This document shows, piece by piece, positions 1-8,098 of a stretch of 64,000 bases of DNA. The notes under the pieces were generated by a model. It saw only the letters and a program-made list of their open reading frames with translations. It had not been told where the DNA came from and did no database searches. The DNA lies in sequence record NC_048046.1; one strand, 5' to 3'. The position numbers were made by a program, and so were the translations under genes. Position 1 is the first letter of the stretch; every line of letters begins with the position of its first letter.

Positions 1-5
1 CCGAG

Positions 6-704
6 GTGCCTGTCGTGGACGGCACGGCTCGCATTCAGTTCCGTCGCTCGATGACGCCTGGAGCCGTCCCGGCTTCGCTGGAGACGCGCGAGATCGCCTT
101 TAACGAGGTGGACGGGATCATGTACTCGCGTGACGGTTCGGGCAGCCTGCGTCCGACGCCGTGGGGCACGCTGCGCCGTGAGAGCATCCCGGCGACGATT
201 GGCGCGGCCGGACAGACCTATCGCGCGGACGGTGCCTGGGCTGCGCCGCAGCCGGTCTACGACCTGTTCGTCCAGGGCGTCCCCGCCTCTGGCGTCCGTG
301 TTGCGCTGGGCGAGACTTTCGTGGGCAAGTCGACGCGGACGCCGGAATCTGGCCTGCCGTATTACAGTCCGTTCTTCGTACCGCGCACCGTCGACATCGC
401 GAGCCTGTCGGTCGATATCCAGGCGGCTGACATGGGCGTCGCCCAGGTCGCGATCTGGACCATGGATACGGATCGCGTCTTGGGTCAAGCCTTGGTCTCG
501 GCCTTTGTCCCGACCACCGCCTCGGGCGTGCAGACGGCGGCGTCGACCTCGGTCGTGTTGCAGCCGGGTTGGTACGCCGCCTCGCTGATCTACATCGGTC
601 TGGGCGCACCGGTCTTCAACGTCATGGAAGGTCCAGCACAGATCGCTACCGACTTCACCACGCAACAGGGAACGCCGGCCTTCGTGTTGGCGAACCTCCA
701 ATGA
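6..704 (+). CDS. Putative virion structural protein, paralog 1 of 3 (Mtd-N-like N-terminal motif); true start may be upstream of the window
   Basis: ORF; N-terminus RIQFRRSMTPGAVPASLETREIAFNEVDGIMY resembles the IQxKRS...GELAxN motif of phage fibre N-termini; ATGA overlap with the next gene. Confidence 0.65.
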   Translation: MPVVDGTARIQFRRSMTPGAVPASLETREIAFNEVDGIMYSRDGSGSLRPTPWGTLRRESIPATIGAAGQTYRADGAWAAPQPVYDLFVQGVPASGVRVALGETFVGKSTRTPESGLPYYSPFFVPRTVDIASLSVDIQAADMGVAQVAIWTMDTDRVLGQALVSAFVPTTASGVQTAASTSVVLQPGWYAASLIYIGLGAPVFNVMEGPAQIATDFTTQQGTPAFVLANLQ

Positions 705-1378
705 CCGATGTAACCACGCCCAACACCATCTTCGCCAAGGCTCTGAAGATCAATGGCGGCACGGGCGCGCCCGCGTCCCTGGACGAAGGCGAACTCTACA
801 TCGACGAGCAGGGCCGCAAGCTGTACGTCCAGACGGATGCAGGTTTGAATGCGACGCCTCTGGATGTGATGGGTTTCCCGTCGACGATCGGCGTGGACCC
901 CAGCTACGTGCTGGTCAAGGCGGATGCTGGTTCGGAATGGCGTGAACTGAGCGCCGGCGGCGGCGGGTTCGTGCCTGATGACGAGCCCTGGCATATCCCA
1001 GGGCTTGCGCCGGCTTCGGTAGGAAGCCTCAGCTTCCCGGCCGCGTCCGGGCAGAAGAGCCTCATGCGCCTGGGTAAGGCGGGCCTGCTCGTAGGCACGC
1101 GCGTGCGCGCCACCTTCGGGACGGGGTCGCTTGCGATGTCGATCTACGAGTACGACGGCGCCTTGGGTACGCAGGCCTACACGCACACGTACGCGATCGC
1201 GGGCGCGGGCGTCTACACGTTCGCTCCCAACTTCCCGTTCGACGCCGGCGAGTACGCGATCGTCTTCACCTGCCTGTCTTCGGTCATCGTGGAGGCGGTG
1301 GAGGGCTATACGGTCTGGAGCGACGCGCTTCAATCGCACCCGGTCTCGCTTCAGGTGAACTATGTCGATTCAGAATAA
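701..1378 (+). CDS. Putative virion structural protein, paralog 2
   Basis: ATG at 701 overlaps the upstream stop; motif GAPASLDEGELYIDEQGRKLYV. Confidence 0.65.
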   Translation: MTDVTTPNTIFAKALKINGGTGAPASLDEGELYIDEQGRKLYVQTDAGLNATPLDVMGFPSTIGVDPSYVLVKADAGSEWRELSAGGGGFVPDDEPWHIPGLAPASVGSLSFPAASGQKSLMRLGKAGLLVGTRVRATFGTGSLAMSIYEYDGALGTQAYTHTYAIAGAGVYTFAPNFPFDAGEYAIVFTCLSSVIVEAVEGYTVWSDALQSHPVSLQVNYVDSE

Positions 1379-2129
1379 GCACTCGGACACCGAGAACTCG
1401 CTTCCCAATCTGGTGCTGGGCGAGATTGCAGTGAACACCGCCGATGATGTGCTCTGGGTGCGCGCCGGCGGCCGGCGCACGCCTATCCATCTTCCGTCGG
1501 TTCAGCGCGCCATGCCTTATGACGGCCAGTCGGGCGCCCCGCTGGTCTCGACGGGCGGCGCATCCACCTGGGACCCCGGTCTGGCGCCGGTCGCGGTTGT
1601 CGACAACGCGATCAAGGTGGACATTCCGCCTGACGACGGCTTCATGAGCGTGCCGGGCGTGCAGATCATCGGGATCGGGAACGACCGTACGTTGCCGGTG
1701 AACTCGATCCAGATCGAGCACTTTCAGGTGCGCTCCGATCAGATCACCCTGACGTCCCTAGCTTGTGTGATCCGCTCGGCTGGCGCCGGCGCGATCCGCA
1801 TGGGCCTCTTCGACGAAAACGACAACCGTCTGCTGAACCAGCTTTTCAGCACGCCGGCGCAGGGCGTCAATTCGTTCAACTTCAATCTGGTTCTGCCGCG
1901 CGGCCATTATCGCGCGCAGATGTGGAATGCCACCGCCACCGACTTTGGGGTGGCAACCGGTATCCAGACCGATCAGGGGTGGCGCGTGGTTGGCTCGGAT
2001 TTGCAGTTCGTGCGCGGCTACGAAGGCTCGGTCAATCAGAGTAGCGGTCTTGTTCCCATTGCGGGAACGCCGCGACTGTCGCTCACGCCGGGCGTCGACA
2101 AGACGCTCCTGATGCGCTGGCACCTCTAA
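1362..2129 (+). CDS. Putative virion structural protein, paralog 3
   Basis: Motif SLPNLVLGEIAVNTADDVLWV; beta-rich C-terminus similar to the two upstream ORFs; followed by a terminator. Confidence 0.65.
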   Translation: MSIQNKHSDTENSLPNLVLGEIAVNTADDVLWVRAGGRRTPIHLPSVQRAMPYDGQSGAPLVSTGGASTWDPGLAPVAVVDNAIKVDIPPDDGFMSVPGVQIIGIGNDRTLPVNSIQIEHFQVRSDQITLTSLACVIRSAGAGAIRMGLFDENDNRLLNQLFSTPAQGVNSFNFNLVLPRGHYRAQMWNATATDFGVATGIQTDQGWRVVGSDLQFVRGYEGSVNQSSGLVPIAGTPRLSLTPGVDKTLLMRWHL

Positions 2130-2134
2130 ACGAA

Positions 2135-2174
2135 AAACGCCGCCCCATGCGTGATCCTAGGGGCGGCGTTTCTT
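2135..2174 (+). terminator. Rho-independent terminator
   Basis: aaacgccgcccc / ggggcggcgttt stem followed by a T-rich run. Confidence 0.75.
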
Positions 2175-2369
2175 CCGATTTGGGCTCCCTGTACGGCCGA
2201 GAACCTCGCCTGAGTTAATTCACCGTTGGCGCGTCCTTTCCTTCGTCTATTGTGTTGATGTCGCCGGTTGGTCGACACCCAGAGACCTAGAGGGCGCGGC
2301 GCCGTCTGTCAACTCTCGGCGCGCCGGTTTTCTTGACACTGTAGGTTGCTTCGGCTACCCTTCACGATC

Positions 2370-2651
2370 ATGTCTACTGAACGAGTCTATTCGCCGGAAA
2401 ACGAGCCGTTCGACGTTACGCCGAACCGCGCCGCTTTTCTGTGCCTGGAACGTGGGTGGACCAAGACTCCCTTCGAGCGCGTCGCTGTGCCTGAAGTGAC
2501 CCCCGCGCCGGTGTTCGACGCGGATGCAGAATCTGAAATTGAAACCATCGCCTCGCCGGTTCCCGCACGAGGGCGAGGTCGTCGGCGCCGGGCTGTAGAA
2601 GCCGTGCCGGCAGACGTGATCGCTGATCACGACGAAAGCTGGCGTAGCTAG
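2370..2651 (+). CDS. Hypothetical protein
   Basis: ORF MSTERVYSPENEPFDV... downstream of a TCTTGACA promoter-like element. Confidence 0.6.
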   Translation: MSTERVYSPENEPFDVTPNRAAFLCLERGWTKTPFERVAVPEVTPAPVFDADAESEIETIASPVPARGRGRRRRAVEAVPADVIADHDESWRS

Positions 2652-2794
2652 TTCTACCGCGTCCGGCGCGCTCTCTCACATCACAACCTGATCGTGTCGA
2701 CGGTACCCTTTTGCCGTCTGTAGCTCAAGTATTCGTACTTTTGGGTACGCCTCTCTATTGCTCATTGCTTAGTAATAAGCCTTTGAAAATAAAT

Positions 2795-2832
2795 AGAAAA
2801 AGATATTGACCCCTCACTTCACTATGTGTATA
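2795..2832 (+). promoter_or_regulatory. Promoter with AT-rich upstream element, ahead of the first tRNA group
   Basis: aaaataaatagaaaaagata TTGACC ... ctatgtgtataa directly upstream of tRNA-Trp. Confidence 0.55.
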
Positions 2833-2853
2833 AGGTCTTCATCGAAAGTGAAT

Positions 2854-2939
2854 ACGGGAATTCCAGAGCGGTCAAATGGGCTGGTCTCCAAAACCAGCGG
2901 CGCAAGCCTTCGGGGGTTCGAATCCCTCTTCCCGTGCCA
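2854..2939 (+). tRNA. tRNA-Trp(CCA) with a long variable arm
   Basis: Acceptor acgggaa/ttcccgt, G73-CCA, anticodon arm ctggt-ctCCAaa-accag, T-loop ttcgaat. Confidence 0.85.
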
Positions 2940-2949
2940 CTTCGAATAC

Positions 2950-3026
2950 GCGTCTATAGTATATTGGTCTGATTACCCTTCGTTGCCAACGAAGAGAGGC
3001 GGGTTCGATTCCCGCTAGACGCTCCA
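2950..3026 (+). tRNA. tRNA-Gly(GCC)
   Basis: gcgtcta/tagacgc, cttcg-ttGCCaa-cgaag, U73-CCA. Confidence 0.9.
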
Positions 3027-3030
3027 ATTC

Positions 3031-3104
3031 GCGTCCGTAGCTCAATGGTAGAGCAATGGGCTTCCACCCCGTGGTCGTGGGTTCGATCCCCACCGGACGC
3101 TCCA
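3031..3104 (+). tRNA. tRNA-Gly(TCC)
   Basis: gcgtccg/cggacgc, atggg-ctTCCac-cccgt, U73-CCA. Confidence 0.9.
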
Positions 3105-3357
3105 GCTTTTCTTGCAAGCTGCCAGAAATCCTGACATCATCCTGTCGTGAACCGGGAAGCCCCTCTGTTCCTCTCTCCGCCCTGGCCGTGCGGATGAAGT
3201 ACATGCGCTCCCGCCTCTGCTCCCCGCGCCTGTCTTCGGACGGGAAGGCCATATGCCCACAAGGGCGCGCAGGAGTCGTGAGAAGAGGGCGTTGGCGCCG
3301 GGCCAGCAGGAGAAGGCGTTAGGAGCGTCACCCGGTATCATCACCTTTGGAGCGAGC

Positions 3358-4218
3358 ATGGCGCGCCTTTTCGTTTCTCCTGAAGTCGCGAACAACTTCG
3401 TCGTCCACGAGTATGATGAAGTCGCGCGCCGTTCGCCTGAAGTGAACGCTGCCATCTTGGCCGATTATGAGGCGGGCAAGGTAGTCTGCTTGAAGGGATG
3501 GAAGCTCGCGTACGATTCCGCGTTCTTTGCGTCTGTAGCGCTGGAGAATAACCGTCCTGCCAAGAAGCTGAAGAGTTGGGTCGACCAGGAGGGCACTATT
3601 GAGGGTAAGCCTCTTCGTAAGGCGTTGATCCAATCAGGAGCCCCGGAGCATCAGGCCGACCGTTTTGTCGCGCAGGCTGAGTCGCTCGCGCTGCAAATTG
3701 CGCCCGTAATCGACACGATCTTTGCGGGCATGCAGTTTCGCGAACGCCGCTTTACTTGGCGCATGCTGGAGACTCTGCACGAAGACCTTCATGTTGATTC
3801 CTACGGTGAAGACAAGGATGATCACCTTGTCCGGGCCTTCATCAACCTCGATATCGTACCGCGCCTTTGGCATACCAGCTTCAGTGTTGAAGCTCTCTTC
3901 GATCGCTACGGCGATCGCCTCACCGATGCCGAGATCGCTGAGGGTAGTCCGAATAGCCTCATTCGCCTTCTGAGTGAGCGCGTTTTCGGCGGAATGGCGA
4001 ACGCCGGCTTCGATCGAGAGCCGCGTCACGCGGCATTCTTTGACCCCGGAGATATCTGGCTGGTCGATAGCCGCAAGGTTTCCCATCAAATTATGTTCGG
4101 CCGCCGTGCGCTGACGGTGGACTATGTGGCCGAAGCTAACTCCATGGCTCGTCCCGCGCTCTATTACCAGAACGCGGTGCGGGATTACTGCAAGAGGCGA
4201 ACGAACGCCTCGACTTAG
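3358..4218 (+). CDS. Kdo hydroxylase (KdoO)-like Fe(II) dioxygenase
   Basis: Motifs LHVDSY, VRAFINL...PRLW and FDPGDIWLVDSRKVSHQ match the HxD...H pattern of the Kdo hydroxylase family. Confidence 0.7.
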   Translation: MARLFVSPEVANNFVVHEYDEVARRSPEVNAAILADYEAGKVVCLKGWKLAYDSAFFASVALENNRPAKKLKSWVDQEGTIEGKPLRKALIQSGAPEHQADRFVAQAESLALQIAPVIDTIFAGMQFRERRFTWRMLETLHEDLHVDSYGEDKDDHLVRAFINLDIVPRLWHTSFSVEALFDRYGDRLTDAEIAEGSPNSLIRLLSERVFGGMANAGFDREPRHAAFFDPGDIWLVDSRKVSHQIMFGRRALTVDYVAEANSMARPALYYQNAVRDYCKRRTNAST

Positions 4219-4227
4219 GAGAACGAC

Positions 4228-4422
4228 ATGCGTCCTTACTCCCCGCCCACCGATATCGGCCGCACGATCGCCGGCCACGAAGTCCATCACCTCACTGCCG
4301 ATCATCCTCGCAATCACGCGCGCCGCGCCGCCAAGCGGCTGCGTCACGCGGCCCGCCAGTACGATCGCCAACTTATTTGCCAGGAAGTCGCCAACTTTCT
4401 TGACACCGATCGAGCGGCCTGA
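4228..4422 (+). CDS. Hypothetical protein
   Basis: AGGAG RBS; 64-aa ORF. Confidence 0.65.
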   Translation: MRPYSPPTDIGRTIAGHEVHHLTADHPRNHARRAAKRLRHAARQYDRQLICQEVANFLDTDRAA

Positions 4423-4535
4423 TACAAGCGCATCATTATGACGTACCTGATGTCCCTTTACGAACGAGAGGCCCGCTCGGGCCGAGATACGACCGCCGCT
4501 TAACAGCGGCCCTCGTGTCAAGGCCCTGTGCTTAT

Positions 4536-4614
4536 GGGGCCTTCGTCTAAACTGGACTAAGGATAGCCGGCTTTCACCCGGCAGATGCGGGTTCGAACCC
4601 CGTAGGCCCTTCCA
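4536..4614 (+). tRNA. tRNA-Glu(TTC)
   Basis: ggggcct/aggccct, gccgg-ctTTCac-ccggc, encoded CCA. Confidence 0.9.
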
Positions 4615-4629
4615 AGCCATCCTCACTCA

Positions 4630-4704
4630 GGTGCGTTCGTATATCGGCTAATACACCGGACTGTCGATCCGGGAAGACGGGTTCGACTCCCGTACGCACC
4701 GCCA
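4630..4704 (+). tRNA. tRNA-Asp(GTC)
   Basis: ggtgcgt/acgcacc, ccgga-ctGTCga-tccgg, G73-CCA. Confidence 0.92.
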
Positions 4705-4824
4705 AGGATTCCTGATGCCCACTGGTTGATCTCCCTCCTGATGAACGAATTCCAGGAAGGAGGACCCAAATGGTCTCTCTACTAGAGCCTGCCTGCCCTC
4801 CTGGTTCGTTCAGGAGGAGCCACC

Positions 4825-5022
4825 ATGGCCCACAATATCCAGCGCTCCAAGCGCATGTTGACGCTGTCGAACGCGGCGTTGCTTCAGATCATCGCGGGCA
4901 AGACGCTCGCGTCGGCCGCCGCCCGCTTTGAGTTGAAGCGTCGCGGCTACGAAGCCGTCCTCACCAAGAAGGGAGGATGGCACTTGGCCCCCATCACTCC
5001 CCACAACGAGCCGGTGCCTTAG
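4825..5022 (+). CDS. Hypothetical protein
   Basis: Strong GGAGGAG RBS; 65 aa. Confidence 0.7.
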   Translation: MAHNIQRSKRMLTLSNAALLQIIAGKTLASAAARFELKRRGYEAVLTKKGGWHLAPITPHNEPVP

Positions 5023-5037
5023 CGCCGGCTCTTGAGA

Positions 5038-5517
5038 TCACCAGTTGTAGCGGACGAAGACGCCAGAGCCGCTCTTGTGCAGAATTTGCCAACTACGTCC
5101 CGTCCAACGAAGTTGGACGTATGAGTTGGTTAGGTTCTGGTATTGACCGACATCGCTTAGAGCGAAAATGGGCGTCACCCACAGATGCAGCCCAAAGCCG
5201 CTACCCACGGAATCGTCATACGGGTCCACGAAAAGAGGCGTTTCGAGCATCGGGAACGACAGCGTAGCCAACGCGATCGTGGGACTCTGCGGGAAGTCCA
5301 CATTGCTATCGGGAAAAGGGTTGGCGAGACGACTGGTATGGATGGTCAATTCGTCGCCAACCTTCTCACCTGGGGCCAATAGGCCGTAGCGGAAGGTTTC
5401 TTCGCTCGTAGAGGGAATTTCCGCAGGGCGCGGCACAAGGTTCAGTACCGTTTCGCCGTTAGGGTTGAGAATTTCAGCCAGATGGCGTTCCGTAGCGACC
5501 ACTTGCTTAAACAGCAT
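5038..5517 (-). CDS. Hypothetical protein, paralog of 8900..9352
   Basis: GGAG RBS before the ATG at 5517; shares YGxLAPGExxGDE and LRWTGxxW motifs with 8900..9352. Confidence 0.65.
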   Translation of the reverse strand: MLFKQVVATERHLAEILNPNGETVLNLVPRPAEIPSTSEETFRYGLLAPGEKVGDELTIHTSRLANPFPDSNVDFPQSPTIALATLSFPMLETPLFVDPYDDSVGSGFGLHLWVTPIFALSDVGQYQNLTNSYVQLRWTGRSWQILHKSGSGVFVRYNW

Positions 5518-5690
5518 GACGACTCCCATAATCAGTGAAGCCTTCTGCTTATAAGGCGTAGATCAACTGATCAACCCAATTTCCGTCAGGTTCCCGACAC
5601 CCGACCCTGATGGAGATCGCGTCCCCGACGACGCGGCGCGCCTGGATGCCCCCGCCCAGGCGCAAGCGCGGTGCCCGACCACCGCGCCCC

Positions 5691-6386
5691 TTATTCCGGA
5701 AACTGGTAGACGCGGTCCTTCCAGAAGGGCATCCCCTTCACCTCGACCATGCCCAGGCTCTCGACGAACTTGGAAGCTTCGTTGACCTCGGCGCCGTGCA
5801 TCAGCGCTTCGTTGCCACGCTGTTCCATCAGGATCACCGGCCGGCAGTGCAGGATTGTGTCCTTCGCGCCGAACACGACCGGGCCTTCGAAGCCCTCGGT
5901 GTCGATCTTGATGAAGTCGACATCGCCGTAACCGTACGAGTCGATCGTGCGGACTTCGATGGGATCGGTTACGAACGAATCGTCCCACTTGGGAGCTTCG
6001 CCATCCAGGAGCGCGTGCGAGAGTTGCCCGTGGGAGGGCTTGTATTCGAAACGCAGGGCTCCCGGCTCGCGCCCGATTGCGATTAGGTGGGCGACCAAGT
6101 CCGGGTCCTTGTGCGTGTTCAGCACGAGCGCGCCGTGGATTTCCGGAACCGCTTCGAACGCCTCCACTCGTTCGAAGGTGCGCTTCAGCAGCGTTGCCGT
6201 GATCCCGACGTTGGCGCCGACGTCCAGCGCGCGCCGGCGGCGCTTGCAGATCGCGGAAGCTGCCTTCACCTTCTTCACATCCATGTTGGGCAGCCCGTCG
6301 AGGACATCGATCGCCTGGAACCGAGCAGCATCCACGAGAGGGACGTAGAAACCGTGAGCTTTGGCATAAGCGCTGGAATGGGACAA
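5691..6386 (-). CDS. FkbM-family SAM-dependent methyltransferase
   Basis: ALDVGANVG, FIKIDTEGFE, RPVILMEQ motifs. Confidence 0.88.
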   Translation of the reverse strand: MSHSSAYAKAHGFYVPLVDAARFQAIDVLDGLPNMDVKKVKAASAICKRRRRALDVGANVGITATLLKRTFERVEAFEAVPEIHGALVLNTHKDPDLVAHLIAIGREPGALRFEYKPSHGQLSHALLDGEAPKWDDSFVTDPIEVRTIDSYGYGDVDFIKIDTEGFEGPVVFGAKDTILHCRPVILMEQRGNEALMHGAEVNEASKFVESLGMVEVKGMPFWKDRVYQFPE

Positions 6387-7033
6387 CGGAGACTCCTTGA
6401 AGATGTGCGACCCTTGGTAGCTTCAGCACGGACAGCCGTCAACGCATCGTGATTTCTTCACAAACGTTTTCACTGGCTAAGCTTGACTCTGTGGTTAACC
6501 CGACATAACGTCGTTCGTAATGCGGCTGCGCCTCGGCGCGGGCTAAAGGCAGTTCTGGGGGAAGACGGCCCTCGACGTCTTCGGGCGTCTTGCTAGTCGT
6601 CTGGACAAACGGGCTGGTGAGGGGGCGACCGCACTCGACCTCTCCGGTGAGTGACCACCCACAAGCCGCAGGCTGAATTTTTCTCTGACAGTATTCTTGA
6701 CACCCGTCTCGAACTGTGAGAGAAGCAAGACCTCAACACGGCCGAGCCCACTGCGCAAAGCGTACGGCCTCGGTTCTCTTTTTCGCCTTGGATCAGAAGA
6801 TGACCTTCTTGACGCATAAGCCGAGCACTTTGAAGCCCGCCACCGGCGCGGCCTCGCTCGCCCATGCGTCCCTTCTGACGCCGGCGACGAGCAAGCCGTC
6901 GCTATCACGGTCGCTCTAGGACTCCAGTAGTCCTCACAGAAGCGGCCGGATCACCGCCGCTTCTGCTCCCTACGCTTACTCCCCAAAGCACGGCAGACGC
7001 GGCCCCTCCAACTCGGGGATCGTTAACCATTAT

Positions 7034-7110
7034 CTGCGTATAGCTCAGTCTGGTGGAGTGCCCGTTTCGGTAACGGGAGGCCGTGGGTTCAAATCCTACT
7101 ACGCAGACCA
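7034..7110 (+). tRNA. tRNA-Pro(CGG)
   Basis: ctgcgta/tacgcag, cccgt-ttCGGta-acggg, A73-CCA. Confidence 0.9.
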
Positions 7111-7118
7111 ACTTCAGT

Positions 7119-7193
7119 CAGAGTCTGGCCGAGCGGCTAGGCACCGGTTTTGGGAGCCGGACGAGGCAGGTTCAACTCCTGCGGCTCTGACCA
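7119..7193 (+). tRNA. tRNA-Pro(TGG)
   Basis: cagagtc/ggctctg, ccggt-ttTGGga-gccgg. Confidence 0.9.
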
Positions 7194-7194
7194 T

Positions 7195-7271
7195 CAGTGT
7201 GTGGCGCAGTTTGGTAGCGCGCTTGCTCGGGATGCAAGAGGTCGCAGGTTCAAATCCTGCTACACTGACCA
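7195..7271 (+). tRNA. tRNA-Pro(GGG)
   Basis: cagtgtg/tacactg, cttgc-tcGGGat-gcaag (C33). Confidence 0.88.
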
Positions 7272-7277
7272 GTTTAA

Positions 7278-7350
7278 GCTGTCGCGTGTGGATTCACGCC
7301 GGCCCCTTGGTATGGGGAAGTAGAAGGTTCAATTCCTTCCGGCAGCACCA
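7278..7350 (+). tRNA. tRNA-Thr(GGT), atypical compact D-arm
   Basis: gctgtcg/cggcagc, cccc-ttGGTat-gggg, T-arm gaagg-ttcaatt-ccttc, CCA. Confidence 0.75.
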
Positions 7351-7355
7351 AGTTC

Positions 7356-7425
7356 GCCGATGCTTCAGGGAAGAAGTGTCTTTCGTAGTGACGCCAGGAG
7401 GGTTCGAGTCCTTCCATCGGCACCA
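7356..7425 (+). tRNA. tRNA-Thr(CGT), atypical compact D-arm
   Basis: gccgatg/catcggc, loop ttCGTag, T-arm gaggg-ttcgagt-ccttc, CCA; 70 nt. Confidence 0.7.
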
Positions 7426-7465
7426 GTTTAATTCTTGATCCGAGGAGATCAGATGTAGACAAAAT

Positions 7466-7546
7466 GGATCGTGAGCTTAATTCCGGGTGGCCGGGACCGT
7501 CCTCTTAAGTCGAGAGCAAGTGGTTCGACTCCACCACGATCCTCCA
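7466..7546 (+). tRNA. Atypical or degenerate tRNA-Lys(CTT)-like
   Basis: ggatcgt/acgatcc acceptor, T-loop ttcgact, CCA; ctCTTaa loop, but anticodon and D stems pair poorly. Confidence 0.5.
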
Positions 7547-7552
7547 AAACAT

Positions 7553-7642
7553 GGGTGAGTTCTCCGAGCGGTCGAAGGGGAGTGACTCTTAATCACTTGG
7601 ACGAAAGTCCCACCGTGGGTTCGAATCCCACCTCACCCTCCA
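7553..7642 (+). tRNA. tRNA-Lys(CTT) with a long variable arm
   Basis: gggtgag/ctcaccc, agtga-ctCTTaa-tcact, variable hairpin ggac-gaaa-gtcc, CCA. Confidence 0.85.
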
Positions 7643-7650
7643 AGTTTTAT

Positions 7651-7738
7651 CCCTGCGTGGCGAAGTATGGTAGACGCGCCAGTTTCAGATACTGGTGTCC
7701 GAAAGGGCGGGTAGGTTCGACTCCTATCGCAGGGACCA
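7651..7738 (+). tRNA. tRNA-Leu(CAG)
   Basis: Class II cloverleaf, ccagt-ttCAGat-actgg, A73-CCA. Confidence 0.92.
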
Positions 7739-7748
7739 AATTCCAGAT

Positions 7749-7835
7749 GCCCATCTGGTCGGAATGGTAGACGCAGCGCACTCAAAATGCGTGGGCCGAA
7801 AGGCCGTCCCGGTTCAAGTCCGGGGGTGGGCACCA
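7749..7835 (+). tRNA. tRNA-Leu(CAA)
   Basis: Class II cloverleaf, cgca-ctCAAaa-tgcg. Confidence 0.9.
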
Positions 7836-7843
7836 AAGTTAAT

Positions 7844-7931
7844 CGCAGCGTGGCGAAGTCAGGTAGACGCGCCATCTTGAGAGGGTGGTGTCCGAAAGGG
7901 CGGGTAGGTTCGAATCCTATCGCTGCGACCA
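7844..7931 (+). tRNA. tRNA-Leu(GAG)
   Basis: Class II cloverleaf, ccatc-ttGAGag-ggtgg. Confidence 0.92.
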
Positions 7932-7939
7932 AGTTCTGA

Positions 7940-8014
7940 TCTGGTGTAGTCGAGTGGTTAAGACGCTGCATTGTGGATGCGGAGGCTCTGGTTCAATCCC
8001 AGGCACCAGTACCA
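7940..8014 (+). tRNA. tRNA-His(GTG), A73 and no encoded G-1
   Basis: ctgca-ttGTGga-tgcgg, acceptor ctggtg/caccag, ACCA end. Confidence 0.85.
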
Positions 8015-8018
8015 ATAC

Positions 8019-8093
8019 GGGGATGTAGCTCAGGGGTAGAGCGGCTGTTTTGCAAGCAGCGGGTCGGGGGTTCGAATCCCTCCATCTCCACCA
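8019..8093 (+). tRNA. tRNA-Ala(TGC)
   Basis: G3.U70 pair, gctgt-ttTGCaa-gcagc. Confidence 0.92.
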
Positions 8094-8098
8094 ACTAC

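Noticed and set aside
2713-2760. tRNA-like start gccgtctgtagctcaagt
   Set aside because: No anticodon arm, T-arm or matching acceptor strand; at most a remnant.
6800-6919. 39-aa ORF MTFLTHKP...
   Set aside because: Weak RBS, low complexity, no supporting evidence.
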